Translations under genes and position numbers: made by a program
Notes under the pieces: model-generated
What the model saw: only the letters and a program-made list of their open reading frames with translations
The model's database searches: none
What the model was told of the DNA's origin: nothing
Sequence record: DRR723986_5010
Length of the DNA stretch: 20,933 bases
Direction: 5' to 3' (one strand)
Shown: piece after piece, positions 17,708 through 20,933 of the stretch
How positions within the stretch are numbered: position 1 is the first letter of the stretch
How the letters are laid out: each line of letters starts with the position of its first letter

Positions 17708-19180
17708 ATGACTCACCATCGCCGACGCAGTTGTCAATGCGGACTGTTCTTGAGTTTCGCGTTGTTGCTCGCTCCTGAAAAACTGATTGCAGACGAAGTT
17801 GTGCAGCGCACCGGCGACTGGATCGTCTCGGGCGCCGAACAAGTCCGCGACAGCCACATTCGCTTGAACGGCTCGCTCATTCTACCTAAGGGAGCCAGCC
17901 TAACTCTGGAGAATTGCACACTACAAATTACCGGCGAGTATTCGCGGCAGCATAGTGTCGAATGGAAAGGTGGTACGCTGGTCACCAAGAACTGCAACCT
18001 AGGCGGCTTTGTCGACAAGGGGGGGACAGCGATTCACACGGTGTTTCATCTGTACGAGGGCCTATGGGACGCCGAAGATACGACCGTCTCCTACTCGTAT
18101 GGCATTAGCTTCCATTGGGAAAAGGGCAAAGGCATCCTGCGGGGAAGACGTCTGAAGGCTGGTCCACGTCCGGACGCAATTATTCTCTCCGGTGAAGCCG
18201 ACGTGGAACTGGTCGATAGCGACTTTCCGATCGGACTTGGCGTCTACTGCAATAAAGGGGGCAAGACGTCGTTGGACCTTATGCCGAGTGATTCTGTAAC
18301 GGCAGTATACGATCGCAATTCCTTACTGCCGGGCGTGAACTGGCGGCTAAAGATGGACAACACCCGCGTGGAGCGGTGGTTCTTGTTCCTGCGACGCATT
18401 GGCGGGTGGCAGGAGCCAGCCGAAGTGGCTCTAGGGGAATCGAAGGACGTCATTGTCTCCTTGTTTGCTCACAACCTGAAGGGTGATGTAACGCTTACAA
18501 ACGACCTCAGCGAACCTCTTGAGATTGGCAACTTGACGCTGCGACGATCCGACAAAGTCGCTGACAGGCCCGCTGGAATTTCGATGTACGCGATGTACTT
18601 GTCGGGCGACGAAACCAATGCGACCGTTCGCGGTCGAACTCATATTTGCGAGTGGATGCAGAGCGGCGGAACAATGCGAGTCGTCGGACCGGCCGCCAGC
18701 CTGCCGTCCAAGAAAAACGAGCAGCAACTTGAAACTCCATCCCAACAACTGGTCCAAGGGAAACAGGCTGGCAGCCTGTCCTACGGGTGCACCACTTTGG
18801 AATTATCCGGTAGTGCCGAGCTGATCGCCAACAATGTGCACTTTGGTCGCCCATTGACGTGGCAACCCGAAAGCAATATCGGAGAAGCCAACGTGAAGGA
18901 TGACGCTCGGCTAACGGCAACGAATATCTCAATCAACAACATGCGTTTCCGTACCGAGGATACTGGGCAGGTCGAAGTCCGGGGCTACACCCACGTCGGG
19001 ACGCTGGAGACTAAGGAGGACGGTGGCAAGGTCACGCTGACTAAGAAAGCAATGTCGGTCGCCACCAAGCCGAAGGTCTGGATCTACACCGACATGAGCG
19101 ATCCAACTTTGCCGGGCCCAAACAAGGAGGCACCATCAACGACCCTGACGATGTTTCGGCCATGGCGGGCTATTTGCTGA
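17708..19180 (+). CDS. 5' part of a frameshifted gene: signal peptide + unknown beta-rich (possibly beta-helix) domain + first residues of a DUF1593/nucleoside-hydrolase-like domain
   Basis: Signal-like MTHHRRRSCQCGLFLSFALLLAPEKLIA; beta-strand-like segments (LNGSLILPKGASLTLENCTL, GGTLVTKNC); ends KPKVWIYTDMSDPTLPGPNKE, then loses the motif at about 19130. Confidence 0.75.
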   Translation: MTHHRRRSCQCGLFLSFALLLAPEKLIADEVVQRTGDWIVSGAEQVRDSHIRLNGSLILPKGASLTLENCTLQITGEYSRQHSVEWKGGTLVTKNCNLGGFVDKGGTAIHTVFHLYEGLWDAEDTTVSYSYGISFHWEKGKGILRGRRLKAGPRPDAIILSGEADVELVDSDFPIGLGVYCNKGGKTSLDLMPSDSVTAVYDRNSLLPGVNWRLKMDNTRVERWFLFLRRIGGWQEPAEVALGESKDVIVSLFAHNLKGDVTLTNDLSEPLEIGNLTLRRSDKVADRPAGISMYAMYLSGDETNATVRGRTHICEWMQSGGTMRVVGPAASLPSKKNEQQLETPSQQLVQGKQAGSLSYGCTTLELSGSAELIANNVHFGRPLTWQPESNIGEANVKDDARLTATNISINNMRFRTEDTGQVEVRGYTHVGTLETKEDGGKVTLTKKAMSVATKPKVWIYTDMSDPTLPGPNKEAPSTTLTMFRPWRAIC

Positions 19181-20034
19181 TGGCGGATAAATTTGAGACG
19201 CTGGGAATTGTTGTCGCTAGCACGCACCGAAGCCAGCATCGCGACACCCCCAACCAAGCGGACTGGGCGAACGCCTTCTTTGGCAAAGCCTACTCGGCGG
19301 ACTTGCCAGGATTGCGAACGCTGTCTGACGATTTTCCCGAGGTAATTCCCTTCGTCGAATCGAGAATCAAGTCAACCGCAGAGAAGTTCGGAGAATCAAG
19401 GGACTACAGCTCCCTCGAGAAATATCCGACGGTCGCTTCTCTCCTCGCAAAGGCGAAAGCCCTCGGTGATGGCCAGCAGATCAATGTTCTCTGCTGGGGC
19501 TCACTCACTGAGCCCGCAATCTTGGTGTCGCATTGCATCGCAACGGATCGAGCGGACATTCTGAAACGCCTTCGTTTCATTGCTCACTGGACAAACTCGC
19601 CGCTTCACCAGGGATCCGCCGAGCACCCCGAGAACGTTGCCAACTGCCGAGAGGACGCAGCGGCTTGTGCATACATGAAACGGCTTGCATCCGCTGGGCA
19701 TCTTACGTACTACGAATGCGGAGCCATCGGTCAGCACGGAATCGTCAGCGGCGGCCCCAAAGGCAGCTCGTACTTCGACCACTTCCGTAACAGCCATCTC
19801 GGCACAATCTTCGTCGATGGCAAGTATGTTTTCGACGGCGTCGACCATTCGGATTCAGCTACCTATTGGGTACTGCTCGACAACCACGGTGTCACACTCG
19901 ACGACATCTCCCCCGATGGAACCAACAACGCTGCAATTGAACGTCAGAACGAGCAGGCGTTTCGCGAATCCTCAAAATCCATCCACGATGAACTCCTCCG
20001 ACGTTCCACCGCCGCTTCCGCACGACAAAGGTAA
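19129..20034 (+). CDS. 3' part of the frameshifted gene: DUF1593/nucleoside-hydrolase-like domain
   Basis: The -1 frame reads GTINDPDDVSAMAGYLLMADKF..GIVVASTH, INVLCWGSLT, LRFIAHWT, DHSDSATYW. The DPDD motif lies upstream of the track's ATG 19162, so that ATG is unlikely to be the true start. Confidence 0.75.
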   Translation, partial: GTINDPDDVSAMAGYLLMADKFETLGIVVASTHRSQHRDTPNQADWANAFFGKAYSADLPGLRTLSDDFPEVIPFVESRIKSTAEKFGESRDYSSLEKYPTVASLLAKAKALGDGQQINVLCWGSLTEPAILVSHCIATDRADILKRLRFIAHWTNSPLHQGSAEHPENVANCREDAAACAYMKRLASAGHLTYYECGAIGQHGIVSGGPKGSSYFDHFRNSHLGTIFVDGKYVFDGVDHSDSATYWVLLDNHGVTLDDISPDGTNNAAIERQNEQAFRESSKSIHDELLRRSTAASARQR

Positions 20035-20137
20035 GCACCGGTTTCCCACCCTGGCACCGGGGCAGCAGAGGCGCAACAGAGTAGTGAACCTGTCATTCTG
20101 TGGTGCTTGCTATTTTCAGTTGAGCGGCAACAGGCCG

Positions 20138-20437
20138 TTAACTCTCCTGCTTGGCAACGCTAGCGATCTTGTCTGCCATGGACTGCTGGCGATCCGTGCG
20201 GGTGCCAACTTTGATACTGGTGGTTATGCGTGGAGCACCCATCGAATGAACGCGTTGGTGACACCGTTTGATCGCTGCAAACACGTCATCCCATTCCCCT
20301 TCAATGTTCGTACCATACGCGTGGAGCTGGTGCTCTAGCCCCGCCTCATTCAAAACCGCTTGGCATTCGGCAACATACTTACTTACCGAAACGCCGACAC
20401 CCATCGGCACAACGCACAGATCAACAATGACTTTCAT
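20138..20437 (-). CDS. MTH1187/YkoF-like thiamine-binding family protein
   Basis: 99 aa: VDLCVVPMG...SVSKYVA, LHAYGTNIEGEWDDVF, GAPRITTSIKVGTRTDRQQSMADKIASV. Confidence 0.92.
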   Translation of the reverse strand: MKVIVDLCVVPMGVGVSVSKYVAECQAVLNEAGLEHQLHAYGTNIEGEWDDVFAAIKRCHQRVHSMGAPRITTSIKVGTRTDRQQSMADKIASVAKQES

Positions 20438-20639
20438 TTCGGTCGCCTAAAAAGGTTTGCTCAGCCCTGCGTTGGTCGCTCAGTCTTTTCGACAGCACAA
20501 TGCGCTCGCTGACTTGGTCACGGTAAATTATCCCCACTTGAAAAGGGAACGCCACACCAATCGCTTGACCAGATCAAGCGTGCTATTGCAAGCTGAGGGA
20601 ATGGGAGTTGGCATGCCAACGAAATGAACGGAGGCTAAT

Positions 20640-20860
20640 CTAAGTTGGCCTGAACTGCACGATCACAACCCGTCCAACGAATTCGACTTGAGCAAGTTCT
20701 TCTTGCATGATCTCCAGGACTTGTTCCGGTGATCCACCACCAGTCCCGGCTCCGACCAACGGAAACGCGATCGACTCAAATCCGTGATCCCGCGCAAGAG
20801 CAATTGCGTTTCTACAACTATCGCGAATCGAACGATCGCTTGACCGCCACCACATGCTAG
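20640..20860 (-). pseudogene. C-terminal fragment of a macro-domain (Appr-1-p processing family) gene, 5' part interrupted
   Basis: SMWWRSSDRSIRDSCRNAIALA...GFESIAFPLVGAGTGG is a macro-domain C-terminal signature; upstream in the same frame are TAG stops at 20915-20913 and 20930-20928. Confidence 0.7.
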
Positions 20861-20933
20861 TGCGAGTCGCACGGACGTGTAGCGTTTGATATCCAATGAA
20901 TTTCGGGGTCAACTAGGCGAAAAGACGCTACAC
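20857..20933. mobile_element. Putative MITE or IS-end remnant with inverted repeats, at the window edge
   Basis: CTAG (20857-20860), palindrome GTGCGA-G-TCGCAC (20860-20872), then a 9-bp perfect inverted repeat GTGTAGCGT (20877-20885) / ACGCTACAC (20925-20933). No transposase is visible. Confidence 0.45.

Noticed and set aside
19685-20338. 217-aa plus-strand ORF
   Set aside because: It overlaps two better-supported genes and has low-complexity Ser/Thr shadow composition.
20438-20639. TPP riboswitch upstream of the thiamine-binding-family gene
   Set aside because: A TTGATCTGG segment and two palindromes (CGCTTGA/TCAAGCG, GTTGGCATGCCAAC) are present, but the CTGAGA and downstream consensus elements are not in the required order.

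Overview
The window looks bacterial, probably a planctomycete (inferred from a planctomycete-type cytochrome c module, an ECF sigma/Ser-Thr kinase pair and many secreted sulfatases). It has three blocks. (1) Minus strand 1-4700: a membrane Ser/Thr kinase with an N-terminal HxxxCxxC motif and a periplasmic DUF3365-like CxxCH heme domain, translationally coupled to an ECF sigma factor. Next comes a >=668-aa secreted protein that the ORF track misses because it has no stop in the window. It fuses a QW-repeat barrel with CxxCH, a cytochrome c domain and Reg_prop-type propeller repeats. A near-identical 18-bp motif lies upstream of both transcription units. (2) Plus strand 4900-20034: a sulfated-glycan utilisation cluster (XylR-type regulator, SDR, secreted GalM, three S1 sulfatases, a GH2-GH43 fusion, and a frameshifted unknown-domain/DUF1593-like fusion). 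(3) Minus strand end: an MTH1187 thiamine-binding-family gene and a macro-domain gene broken by an inverted-repeat element at the window edge. All family calls come from recognising motifs by eye; no searches were run.
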